Shown here in pieces: positions 10,888 through 19,722 of a stretch of DNA of 64,000 bases. The position numbers and the translations under genes were made by a program. Within the stretch, counting starts at the first letter, position 1. Every line of letters begins with the position of its first letter. The stretch is from NCBI GenBank assembly GCA_040901985.1, contig JBBDYC010000009.1:258303-322302 (forward strand), given 5' to 3'. The notes under the pieces were generated by a model, which saw only the letters and a list, made by a program, of their open reading frames with translations, had not been told where the DNA came from and made no database searches. The stretch comes from Gemmatimonadaceae bacterium (GTDB taxonomy: Bacteria; Gemmatimonadota; Gemmatimonadetes; Gemmatimonadales; Gemmatimonadaceae).

Positions 10888-10932
10888 ATCGGGACGGCGG
10901 GATTCGAACCCGCGACCCCCTGAACCCCATTC
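10888..10932 (-). repeat. att site: 3' half of tRNA-Pro(GGG), left island boundary
   Basis: Reverse complement gaatggggttcagggggtcgcgggttcgaatcccgccgtcccgat; identical copy at 53338-53382; D-arm/5' half absent. Confidence 0.9.
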
Positions 10933-11034
10933 TGCCTACGTGACGTTTCTGGAGGTTCCCTCAGCGCGCAACACCTTGCTACCAGAGAGAATGCCCCGGT
11001 TGAGGGTTCCCAGAGATTGACGCAGATTACTTCA

Positions 11035-11056
11035 CGGTGATTGCTAGGTGATTATT
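11035..11056. promoter_or_regulatory. Putative integrase arm-type sites (left)
   Basis: cggtgattgctaggtgattatt; 20/22 identical to 53244-53265. Confidence 0.65.
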
Positions 11057-11093
11057 AGCTACCCACCACTTTCTCAGGCTGAACGGAATCCTT

Positions 11094-12362
11094 ATGGCCA
11101 TCGCCCGAATCACCAAGCGAACCGTCGATGCCACGGAGGCATCGACTACGGACGTCTTTCTTTGGGACTCTGAGCTTCGAGGATTTGGCCTCAAAGTCAC
11201 CCCACGAGGTCTGAAGAAATACGTCATCCAGTATCGACTTCCTGGACTGGGACGCCGGGGCACCCCCAAGCGGGTAGTTCTCGGCACGCACGGCACGCTG
11301 ACGCCGGAAGAGGCCCGCCAGCTCGCCAAACGTTCGCTGAGCGCCGTGGCCCAGGGTTCTGATCCAGCTGGAGAACGGGCTGCCCGTCGGGGCACAAAGA
11401 CGGTCCAAGAACTATGGACGGACTATCTCGATTTCTCGAGACCGCGGCTCAAGCCTCGAACAATGAAGGAGTACCAGCGCCTTTTCGCCAGGCACGTCGC
11501 GCCAGCGCTTGGCTCAAAGCTGACACCGGAGATTCAGCCGCTGGACTTGCGCCGTCTCCATCGGGCAATGCACAAGACGCCGATTGCCGCGAACCGCGTG
11601 GTTGCAATGCTCGGGGCGTTCTTCACGTTTGCGTGGAAAGAGGGTGTCCTGCCACCGAAGGAGAACCCAGCGCATACGGTCGAGTTCTATCCGGAGTCGC
11701 ATCGCGAGCGCTTCCTCTCGCGGGACGAGTTCACACGGCTTGGCAAGGCGCTGACCCAAGCCGAGACCGTGGGACTGCCGCCCGCACCTCAGCTGCGGCG
11801 GAAGAGCGAGAATGACAAGCATCGCCCGAAGAGTGCCAACACGCCGATTCCAGCCAACCCGTTCGCAGTTGCGGCGATTCGTTTGCTCGCGCTGACGGGA
11901 TGCCGCGAGAATGAAATCCTGTCACTTCGGTGGGATGCCGTGGATTTCGACCGGGGGTACCTCCGTCTAGCCGACTCAAAAACAGGCAGGAGTGTGCGAC
12001 CGCTCGGCCGAAGCGCCGTATCGCTCCTTGAGCGTTTGCCGCGAATCTCTGGAAATCCGTACGTGCTCCCTGGCCAACAGCGCAACAAGCACCTCAAGGA
12101 GATCAAGAGACTGTGGTACGCCGTGCTCCATGCTTCGAAGTTGCCGGGACTTCGCCTGCACGATCTGCGGCACTCATTCGCCTCCGTTCCGGCGACCAGC
12201 GGCGAGTCGCTGTTGGTGGTGCGCTCACTTCTTGGACACAAGAATGTTGCAACGACTGAGCGCTACGCACATCTGGCTGACGACCCCGTCAAGCGAGCGG
12301 CTGATCGGGCTTCGAGCGACATCGCCGGTTGGCTGAGCCAAGCCCCGACCACTGATTCCTAG
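11094..12362 (+). CDS. int: Tyrosine integrase with N-terminal arm-binding domain
   Basis: LWDSELRGFGLKV arm domain; catalytic TGCR, SKTG, HDLRH, LLGH, TERY. Confidence 0.95.
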   Translation: MAIARITKRTVDATEASTTDVFLWDSELRGFGLKVTPRGLKKYVIQYRLPGLGRRGTPKRVVLGTHGTLTPEEARQLAKRSLSAVAQGSDPAGERAARRGTKTVQELWTDYLDFSRPRLKPRTMKEYQRLFARHVAPALGSKLTPEIQPLDLRRLHRAMHKTPIAANRVVAMLGAFFTFAWKEGVLPPKENPAHTVEFYPESHRERFLSRDEFTRLGKALTQAETVGLPPAPQLRRKSENDKHRPKSANTPIPANPFAVAAIRLLALTGCRENEILSLRWDAVDFDRGYLRLADSKTGRSVRPLGRSAVSLLERLPRISGNPYVLPGQQRNKHLKEIKRLWYAVLHASKLPGLRLHDLRHSFASVPATSGESLLVVRSLLGHKNVATTERYAHLADDPVKRAADRASSDIAGWLSQAPTTDS

Positions 12363-12658
12363 ACGTTCCTAGGCCATAGCACTGCCGACGCGAGCGCCAC
12401 GGCATCAAAGATGCTCACTACTTTGTCTTCCACGACATACGGCACTCCTTCGCTAGCGCCACTGCAAGTAGCGGCGAGTCCTTGCTCGAAATCCGCTCGC
12501 TGCTCGTCCACAACCGAGTAGCCACAAGCGAACGCCACGCTCCTCTTAGAGAAGATCGATCGATTGCTCGACAGCAATGGTCCAGCAGAGCGCGGCTCTT
12601 GAATGCGCTTGATCACTACACACTGCTGGAGCGTCGCTGTCCAGTCGACAGCCAGCAC
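12359..12658 (-). pseudogene. Degenerate copy of the RuvC-like gene at 17082-17564
   Basis: Begins VLAVDW (cf. VLAIDL) and ends EDKVVSIFDAVALA (cf. EDTRMNLFDAAALA); the middle is shorter and unalignable. Confidence 0.45.
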
Positions 12659-12781
12659 TGCTCATGATACAGTGTGACCAATCGGACAGGGGTCGCATCG
12701 CTGAACCTGGCAGTCCAGGGTCCGCACGCAGTTGCTAGCATTGTGCGGTATGACATGCGATAACGCTACCGATTTCGAATA

Positions 12782-12813
12782 ACAGCCGTAGTCCGAAACT
12801 GGGCTACGGCTGT
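12782..12813 (-). terminator. Terminator of the HD/peptidase operon
   Basis: acagccgtagtcc-gaaact-gggctacggctgt, 11 bp past the stop at 12825. Confidence 0.65.
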
Positions 12814-12824
12814 ATTGCACTGCA

Positions 12825-13826
12825 CTAGGCATTCTTGCTAATCATTCCGAACACGAGAATCTGTCGGTGACGCCCTCGTCCCCACGCTCGCCAGTGACCA
12901 GCTAGTTCACAACTCACGCGTTGTTTGTCAGGAGTTCGCCCGTAGAGGGGCACCCTTGCCTGACCTGCAGAGACAGATTCTTCAGTTTCCATGGTCTGCC
13001 GTAGAAACGCCTCCATTCGTTCGCCCTGCTCCAAAGCCTCCGAGCCCCAATGTGGAGGCTTGACACCCTTAAGGGAGCCCAATTTCTGCCACGAGTCATG
13101 AACTCGCAAGGCAAGACGTCCCTGTCCCGCTCCCGTATCCCGCGTATACGCGAGAAGCATGCAGAAGAACTCCCCCGGAAGAGCAGAGAGTAGACTTGCT
13201 GGACGCTCTGCTATGAGACGCCGAATCGCGCAGCGGATGCTAACTTCGAACTCATCGGCGACTAGTTCAACCAGCTCGCCAAACGTATCACATATACTCG
13301 GATCCAGTGCGATCCGACTAGCAATGAACTCATTCAACGCGTCAAGCGGAACAAGCAGACGCCCCGCGCTGTAATTGCAGACCTTTTCCTCAGCTAACGA
13401 CAGGACTCTCGCTACGCGGAGACGATCCCCCGGCGATGCCTCCCCGACTGCAACTGCAAGCGCACGCCTCAACCGCCCATTCGACTTCACGTAGAGAAAA
13501 CGATGAGCAAACTCGTGCGCGTACGCGAAACGGTCCGCCCGAAATCGTGCCCAGCGCTCCGAGGAACTCCCTGACCCGGGAAGCGTAATCACAAATTCCT
13601 GGGCTTCGCTGTTATATCTGAGCTTCGCTCCGCTAGCCAACGGATCCCTACTAGGCTTCGGGCGAATCTGAAATTGCTCCGCCACCGCTTGCAGGCGTAC
13701 CGGAATCGTCGACCCTTTTGAGTTGTAAAGAGCGGCCTCCACTTCGCCTACTATCGTTCGCTCTAGCTCTTGCAGGCTTCCTAAGCCGAGAATCTCGAGG
13801 TATCTGTGAGTTGCAGTCTGGGCCAT
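12825..13826 (-). CDS. ImmA/IrrE-like (HExxH) metallopeptidase with C-terminal extension
   Basis: RFAYAHEFAH, EEKVCNYSAGRLLVP, ADEFEVS. Confidence 0.75.
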   Translation of the reverse strand: MAQTATHRYLEILGLGSLQELERTIVGEVEAALYNSKGSTIPVRLQAVAEQFQIRPKPSRDPLASGAKLRYNSEAQEFVITLPGSGSSSERWARFRADRFAYAHEFAHRFLYVKSNGRLRRALAVAVGEASPGDRLRVARVLSLAEEKVCNYSAGRLLVPLDALNEFIASRIALDPSICDTFGELVELVADEFEVSIRCAIRRLIAERPASLLSALPGEFFCMLLAYTRDTGAGQGRLALRVHDSWQKLGSLKGVKPPHWGSEALEQGERMEAFLRQTMETEESVSAGQARVPLYGRTPDKQRVSCELAGHWRAWGRGRHRQILVFGMISKNA

Positions 13827-13842
13827 TGTAATCCTCACGTTC

Positions 13843-14103
13843 GAATATCTTCAATTCAGCTTGACGCCACACGTCTCGCACTATGCTCGGCCTTCCTTTG
13901 ACACCTCGGATTGCTGCGTCCTCGAGGTCCAGCTGTACCTAGGTAAAGTCATGCCAGCCCACGTGGGTAACGACGTCCACGACCACCTTTGAATATCTTC
14001 AATTCAGATTGACGCCACGCGTCTCGCATTATGCTCGGTCTTCCTTTGACACCTCGGCGTGCTGCGTCCTCGAGGTCCAGCTGTACCTCCGTAAAGTCAT
14101 GCC
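13843..14103. repeat. 113-bp near-tandem duplication of the HD gene 3' end (13843-13955, 13991-14103)
   Basis: Ungapped alignment, 8 mismatches, period 148 bp. Confidence 0.9.
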
Positions 14104-16492
14104 GACCTAAGTGGGAAACGATGTCCATCAACTCGTCGTTCCCGATCTTCGCAAGATCGATCTTTGCGAGCTTAAGCACCTCTCGGAACGAATCCATTTG
14201 CTCGCCGGAAAGCCCCGCCAAGTCCATGCACTCCTGCAAGTTGGCCGTTTCGCCGAACCGATACCGAATGTCGCGGCAGTTCTCATCACTATCGATGTGA
14301 ATCAGTTCGTCAAAATTGACCCCGGTCGGTCTATCGGCAGCGGCGTCAAAAGGGCTGGATAGACACACTTGCCAGAGCTTCTTGAGATCATCATCCGAGA
14401 TGACCGATTCTAGATCGAGTCTAGATACATTCGTTGAGACATTGGACATTTGGAACCAATGCCATGCGCTCTTGATCACTCGGATCAGAAAGCTCTCGGC
14501 CAGTCGAAGATGTTCCAAATGCGCCTGCTCATCTGAGCGGCACTTGTGTCCATCGAGCATGCTGGCGAGACCGCCAGTGTAGAATAGGCCGTCACTTCCG
14601 AACACGTAGATCTTCCACATCGCTGCGTACTGTGATTCCGCATTCACGAGCCCAGAACGCAGTCTTTCGAGGACAGAGGCAGGAACCGCTTCAGCACTCG
14701 AGGCGCTATCTGTCACCAGTTCATCGATACGCCCTACCGCCTCGTTAGCCCTAACGACGATCCCTGGATCCTTGTAGAGTTGCTTGTATGGAGTGGTCCA
14801 CAGGATCACTCGGCGCGGCAGCACGTCTCTCATCCACTTTGGGTCGGGAGGAGTCAAAGTACCATCGACGAACTGTTCGAGTTCCTGCATCGATTCAAAC
14901 GAATGATCAAGCAGGCGCTCAACTAGCCAGCACGCTGTGCAAAGAAACGGCGCAAAGTACTGGGAATCTAGAATCGCCCCGAGTCGCCTGAGCCATTCTT
15001 CCCGCTCCTCGATGGGGGAGTTTGCTGCATCAGCTCCCTTCAATAGCGCGAACGCTTGATCTCCCGAAAGTATCATAAGCGGTCGGTAGATGCGCCGCTC
15101 AATCAGCTTACGGGCCAGGCGGCTATGCGGTGTGCCGAGGTGACCGTCGCGAGGTAGGTCCGCCAACTGCTGCAAGAAGAGATCGTCGCCCTGCAGCGCA
15201 TGAAGAGAGGATCCGACTTGATAGAGCTGTGCAATGGTTGGCCTTTCGTCACCAGCTAAGGCAATCGCTCGAGCGAGCATCGCGATTGCACCCTGCACTA
15301 CGCGGTGAAATACCGCTTTCTCATGAATCTCATGGCGAAAATCAACCATGCGAAACACATCGTTGATTCGTTCGGACCGAATTACGCCACGCTTATAGTC
15401 GTTGAGATCAATCGCGCACTGTGCGAGACGTTCTGGCTTCCACCCCGATGGACCACCCAAGGCGAGAACTCGAGACTGCGGCACAGCGACGAGTGTGTAG
15501 ACGTCGAGCAGCTTGGGATCTATGGACTTCTGCATGCCCAACCGTCGCGCATCCCGATGCAGATAGTCGAGCAAATCCGCACTAAGCGTATCCCCGACGA
15601 TGTCGTGCCTGTACGGTTGATACCAAGCCCGGTGCAGTTTCTCGTGCATCGCAGCAGGGCCTAGCCCCCATTTAATCTTTTCCCTCTTCTCCGTATCAAA
15701 ACTGGTAACGAGGTTGATCGTCGGACCCCGGAGAGCATCCTTGACAGATTCAAACACCAATAGATGAAACAGGAGCGATGGAAGAATTCGCTTACCTCTA
15801 TCTCGTTCAGGCCATTCTTGGCACGCTTCGACGAAGAGACGCAGATGAGCTCCCTCATCTTTGGCGGCATCCTCCACAAGCAGTCGCCAAAACGCCGACG
15901 AGTGTTCGGCTAGGACTCTCGCAAGGATCGAGTCTGCACGATCGAAGAGGAGGACGTAGAGCGCTGGATTCTCTTCGAAATCGTCATGCTTCTCATAGGG
16001 TCCATAGTAGGACTTAACCTTCGTAGCCCGGTCGTTGTACCGATGAGTCTTCTTCTCTATGTCGTGCGAGAACGGAGCGTGCGGGATGTCATGCAGAAGC
16101 CCCGCGAGCGAGATAAGAAAGCGCTCAGCTCGCGTAATCGTGGGGAGCGGTTGATTCGGCCTTCCGACAGCTTTGCGTTGCGCGGAGATCCTTGGCGTGT
16201 TCTCGTTCAGGTGGTCGACGAGTTCCTTCGCCTTAGCACACGCACCAATGCTGTGGATGCCTCGAGAGTGGTTCGCCGTGTGATAGACGAGATCAACGAG
16301 CCCAAGCTGGGCTACCCGAAACAGTCGCTGAAACTCCGGTGTGTCAATACAGTCACTTTCGATTCGATTGAGACGCACGCCTCCCCACAAATCGTCGAGA
16401 AACTCCTCCCTATCATCAAAAAGCGAACTTGCCTCATGGGTCACTTCGAACTCCCGGAGCGGTGTCCGCCTGTTTTTTTTCACTACCTGCAA
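13949..16492 (-). CDS. Large HD-domain dNTP triphosphohydrolase-like protein (SAMHD1/YdhJ type)
   Basis: QRLFRVAQLG..HSRGIHSIG, LLHDIPHAPFSH, SADLLDYLHRDA; exact start uncertain. Confidence 0.85.
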   Translation of the reverse strand: MQVVKKNRRTPLREFEVTHEASSLFDDREEFLDDLWGGVRLNRIESDCIDTPEFQRLFRVAQLGLVDLVYHTANHSRGIHSIGACAKAKELVDHLNENTPRISAQRKAVGRPNQPLPTITRAERFLISLAGLLHDIPHAPFSHDIEKKTHRYNDRATKVKSYYGPYEKHDDFEENPALYVLLFDRADSILARVLAEHSSAFWRLLVEDAAKDEGAHLRLFVEACQEWPERDRGKRILPSLLFHLLVFESVKDALRGPTINLVTSFDTEKREKIKWGLGPAAMHEKLHRAWYQPYRHDIVGDTLSADLLDYLHRDARRLGMQKSIDPKLLDVYTLVAVPQSRVLALGGPSGWKPERLAQCAIDLNDYKRGVIRSERINDVFRMVDFRHEIHEKAVFHRVVQGAIAMLARAIALAGDERPTIAQLYQVGSSLHALQGDDLFLQQLADLPRDGHLGTPHSRLARKLIERRIYRPLMILSGDQAFALLKGADAANSPIEEREEWLRRLGAILDSQYFAPFLCTACWLVERLLDHSFESMQELEQFVDGTLTPPDPKWMRDVLPRRVILWTTPYKQLYKDPGIVVRANEAVGRIDELVTDSASSAEAVPASVLERLRSGLVNAESQYAAMWKIYVFGSDGLFYTGGLASMLDGHKCRSDEQAHLEHLRLAESFLIRVIKSAWHWFQMSNVSTNVSRLDLESVISDDDLKKLWQVCLSSPFDAAADRPTGVNFDELIHIDSDENCRDIRYRFGETANLQECMDLAGLSGEQMDSFREVLKLAKIDLAKIGNDELMDIVSHLGRHDFTEVQLDLEDAARRGVKGRPSIMRDAWRQSELKIFKGGRGRRYPRGLA

Positions 16493-17081
16493 TCTACGGA
16501 GTCACTGGATAGCCATCAAGAGGACTCACCGTCTTGACTGCTCGACGCGCGATAGCTAACCGCTCTTTCTAACCTACTGCCACACAATCACTTAGTCGTC
16601 CGCCGCAGTCGGCAATCGCGCGGCATTTTGGATCATTCTAGGAATGCTCCAGGTCTCAGTAACCCTTCGGTATGAAGGGCAAGCAATCGATACCGAGACA
16701 GGCTGGAGGATTCGACTACTCTCAGTTTCTGGCACCTCGTGTCAGTGCGAACGACGTAGCAGGGCGCTCAACCGGGAGTATCGCTGAGTGAAGAGAACCA
16801 CCTTGCTCTGCTTTGTCGGGGCTTCGACGAACGGTGCTAGCACCTCGCGGACCACCGGCCAGTATACAAGGGACAACGCGCGCGTCGCGCAATCTATGCG
16901 AGTCGTTCGCCAGCAAGTCGCCTATTTGACTGACTGATGGCAAGAATCAATTCTTGCTGTGCGCTCCCTCGTGGAACAAGAGGGTTTCCTTGACCGAACG
17001 ATCATGTGGACGATTCAGTCAAGCGAACTGCGGATCGAACAGCAAATGATTTCGCGGGATGATTAACCGGAGCGCCGACGA

Positions 17082-17564
17082 TCAATTCGTAGGTACGCCT
17101 AGAACGACGAGGGCCAACGCTGCAGCATCAAATAGGTTCATTCGAGTGTCTTCCGCCTGCCAGAGCGCCCTAACACGTGGACGCCGCCGACGCAATTCGG
17201 GAAATCGGTTGGCAATCGCGGCCGCGATTGCCGCCTTCGTGACTTCGCCAAAGAAGGCACGTACGATCGTTCGGGACACCTGGCAAAGACCCATCTGCCG
17301 GTCCGCCACAAATTGAATCGCAAGAGCCTGCCTCCGCAGTGCCGCCGGTCGCTGACTGGGCGCATACAGATTCTCAAGTGCCAAGACTGAAGGCCTGCCG
17401 CGCTCAATGTGAGTCGAGAGTCGAGCTACGAACGCCGCATCACCCTGCTTCCCGAACGTGCTGAAGCCGTGGTCAAGTAGGCCCCATTTCGCGTCGATCA
17501 AGGCATAGCCAAATCCCTTGGCTGACAGATCGATCGCGAGAACTCGTAGCGTTCTTTTTTTCAT
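17082..17564 (-). CDS. RuvC/RNase H-fold nuclease-like protein
   Basis: VLAIDLSAKGFGYA, LALE, FDAAALA. Confidence 0.7.
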   Translation of the reverse strand: MKKRTLRVLAIDLSAKGFGYALIDAKWGLLDHGFSTFGKQGDAAFVARLSTHIERGRPSVLALENLYAPSQRPAALRRQALAIQFVADRQMGLCQVSRTIVRAFFGEVTKAAIAAAIANRFPELRRRRPRVRALWQAEDTRMNLFDAAALALVVLGVPTN

Positions 17565-17914
17565 TCAGTTGCTTCACCAATACATCTCCTGATAATCCGC
17601 TTAAGGGACTCGCACTTCTCTGCTCGTGCGGGATCCTTGGCCCGATGCACCATACTCTTGAGAAGTTTCTGTGCCCTCAGGCGCACCCGGCCTGCCACCA
17701 GCGCACATTCATCTTCGTGGATCTCTTCGACGCCCGCGCCGAAGATGACTGCGTATGCGAGGGCAACTTCGAGGGGCGGCGCGCACACACCGGTTTCGTG
17801 TCGCGAGACGCGCGTTCCGGTGAGGGCGCCAAGGAGGAAGGCCACGTCGTCTTGCGAAAGCGCGGTGCGACGGCGCAAGGCCTTGAGGAATGGAACGGGG
17901 GTTCTTTTCTTCAT
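17561..17914 (-). CDS. Xre-family HTH protein
   Basis: LKALRRRTALSQDDVAFLLG..VSRHETG; 4-bp overlap with the next gene. Confidence 0.8.
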   Translation of the reverse strand: MKKRTPVPFLKALRRRTALSQDDVAFLLGALTGTRVSRHETGVCAPPLEVALAYAVIFGAGVEEIHEDECALVAGRVRLRAQKLLKSMVHRAKDPARAEKCESLKRIIRRCIGEATE

Positions 17915-18003
17915 TTGTCAAAGTACAAACAGACTATCAATCACCAAGCCCGAGCCCGAGAGGGACATTCTTGCGCAGAACGCACACCCAACGCTGCTCT
18001 AAA

Positions 18004-18032
18004 GTGGACGTGGGGACTTCGGGGACTTCGGG
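18004..18032 (-). repeat. Inverted copy of motif R1 (gtccccgaagtccccaygtcyac) with an extra partial unit
   Basis: Reverse complement matches 21395-21417 at 21/23. Confidence 0.8.
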
Positions 18033-18057
18033 TAAACCGACGACGGAGTAACGGCTG

Positions 18058-19356
18058 CTATGATTGTTCGTCTAGATTGGTGCCGTAGCGCTGGAAAAGC
18101 GCCTGGAGTCTCCCTTCTTCATTGATGTGGATGACGAACGACCCGTTGCTCTTGACCGCACGCAAACCCAATCGCGTCCGGAGCTGATGGCCAACCCAGC
18201 GAGGCGTCACGGGACGCCCAAAGTCAAAACCAAAGCGAACACCGAATCGACTCGCGATTTCTTTTATGCCAAGCGGTACGGACTCCCGCCGCATCTCTGC
18301 TATGATATCAAGAAGTTGCGCCTCCACGCCCACCCCTCTCTCAGCCTTCAAAGCCCAACTCGTCGTTTCGGCGAGTCGATGCAACCGCTCACGCGCTTCG
18401 TCATCAACCGCCACGGCTAGAAGCGGCGCAAATACTTGAGCCACTCGCGCCTCTATGTGTGGCGCTCGCGCCACTACTGCCGGGCCGAACTCGTGCCGGC
18501 GTCGCACACGGTACATCAGGAGCTGATTCTGGAGCGCGATAGCACCTTCGTGAAATGCCTCTGGTAAGCTGAGCGGAATGTCGTCGCGTGGAGGCAGTCC
18601 GACCATTTCTTCCGTGATGCAGCGGCTCTCGAGCGCCCGATCCTCGAACGATCGCCGCGTGGCAATCACCTTCGGCCCGTAGACGGCGAACGCTCTCGGA
18701 TTGAACTCCTTTCCTGGAGTCGCCTCACTCCGTAGCACCGGAAAGCCCTTGGCGTTTCCGTTGTTGAGAATCTTCACAATCTCAGCCCGCTCATCGGACA
18801 ATCGAAAGTCGCTTTCGTCCATGATCAGCGTGCCGCGAAACTCATCAATGATCCGAAAGAGCGGCGATACGGTCGATGCCCCACTCGCAAACATCGGCTT
18901 GTAGCAGAGGGCTCCGATGGTCTGAAGGCATCTCGTCTTGCCGCTACCGAAGTCTCCCTTGAGCCTCAGGTACGGCAGCTCATTGAACGCATCGTAGATC
19001 CAAGTGAGAAGGACGTAGTGCGCCGCAGCTTCTTCAAAAGCGGGCGACAGATCCGCATATCGATGAATGAACTGACTGACCGCCTCTATCAGAGACATTT
19101 CCGACTCATAGTCGGCCACACCCGATGGGAACTTCACTACTCCGTGGGCAATCAAGTTGTTATCGGCCGAGTACGCACGCACCTGACCGAGTTGTGGCAG
19201 ATCTAGGATACAGCCCTGCTCGACATGTCCGTGCCCTAGACGCACCAGTTCAACATCGCCCGCTGGGTATGCAGCTAGCGTTTCGACAATGCTGCCGTCG
19301 TCGAGAACTGCTGACACCAGCGTGCGTACTTTTGGCTTCTGAGTTTCGTGTGCCAT
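18058..19356 (-). CDS. P-loop NTPase resembling the helicase/wHTH part of mobile-element primase-helicases
   Basis: Walker A GDFGSGKT, Walker B LIMDE, ALESRCI arginine-finger-like motif, C-terminal wHTH-like region. Confidence 0.65.
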   Translation of the reverse strand: MAHETQKPKVRTLVSAVLDDGSIVETLAAYPAGDVELVRLGHGHVEQGCILDLPQLGQVRAYSADNNLIAHGVVKFPSGVADYESEMSLIEAVSQFIHRYADLSPAFEEAAAHYVLLTWIYDAFNELPYLRLKGDFGSGKTRCLQTIGALCYKPMFASGASTVSPLFRIIDEFRGTLIMDESDFRLSDERAEIVKILNNGNAKGFPVLRSEATPGKEFNPRAFAVYGPKVIATRRSFEDRALESRCITEEMVGLPPRDDIPLSLPEAFHEGAIALQNQLLMYRVRRRHEFGPAVVARAPHIEARVAQVFAPLLAVAVDDEARERLHRLAETTSWALKAERGVGVEAQLLDIIAEMRRESVPLGIKEIASRFGVRFGFDFGRPVTPRWVGHQLRTRLGLRAVKSNGSFVIHINEEGRLQALFQRYGTNLDEQS

Positions 19357-19538
19357 TGTGACAGCGTACCGCGATTCCGGCAGGGACGCAGGAGGGCGTG
19401 CGATGCGCGCCGCGTTGTCCCCAAGTGCAATTCGACATTCTGAATTAAGAATTGCAGAATTGCCCTGCGGCCGGCGATCGCTAACCGCGCAGGTTCCGCC
19501 CACTCGGGCGATTGCCGTCGGGCCAGTACGCTTTCGGA

Positions 19539-19721
19539 ATGAAGCTCACCGACGAACAGCTCGAAACCTTCATCGCTTGCTGGAGGGCGGACTTCGGTGA
19601 AGTCCTAACCAAAGACCAGGCGCGAGCCGAAGCGATGCGACTTCTCAGTTTCTTCATCACGCTAACTAACTATACGCAACGCCGGACCCAGCACCCAGAT
19701 ACCAGGGCTCTCAACAAATGA
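19539..19721 (+). CDS. Small 60-aa protein immediately upstream of the serine recombinase (candidate directionality factor)
   Basis: MKLTDEQLETFIACWRADFGEVLTKDQA; stop is 1 bp before the recombinase ATG; function is inference. Confidence 0.6.
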   Translation: MKLTDEQLETFIACWRADFGEVLTKDQARAEAMRLLSFFITLTNYTQRRTQHPDTRALNK

Positions 19722-19722
19722 C

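Noticed and set aside
11094..12362. Integron integrase serving the attC array
   Set aside because: It has an arm-binding domain, sits at a tRNA att and is 44 kb from the array.
13843..14103. DGR template/variable repeat pair
   Set aside because: The 8 differences are not adenine-specific on either strand, and no reverse transcriptase is present in the window.
16493..17081. ncRNA or gene in the 590-bp gap upstream of the HD gene
   Set aside because: No convincing ORF, repeat or stable structure seen by eye; cannot be excluded without folding or covariance analysis.
17082..17564. TnpB/Cas12-like RNA-guided nuclease
   Set aside because: Only 160 aa, with no Zn finger or WED/REC region; it looks like a plain resolvase-type fold.
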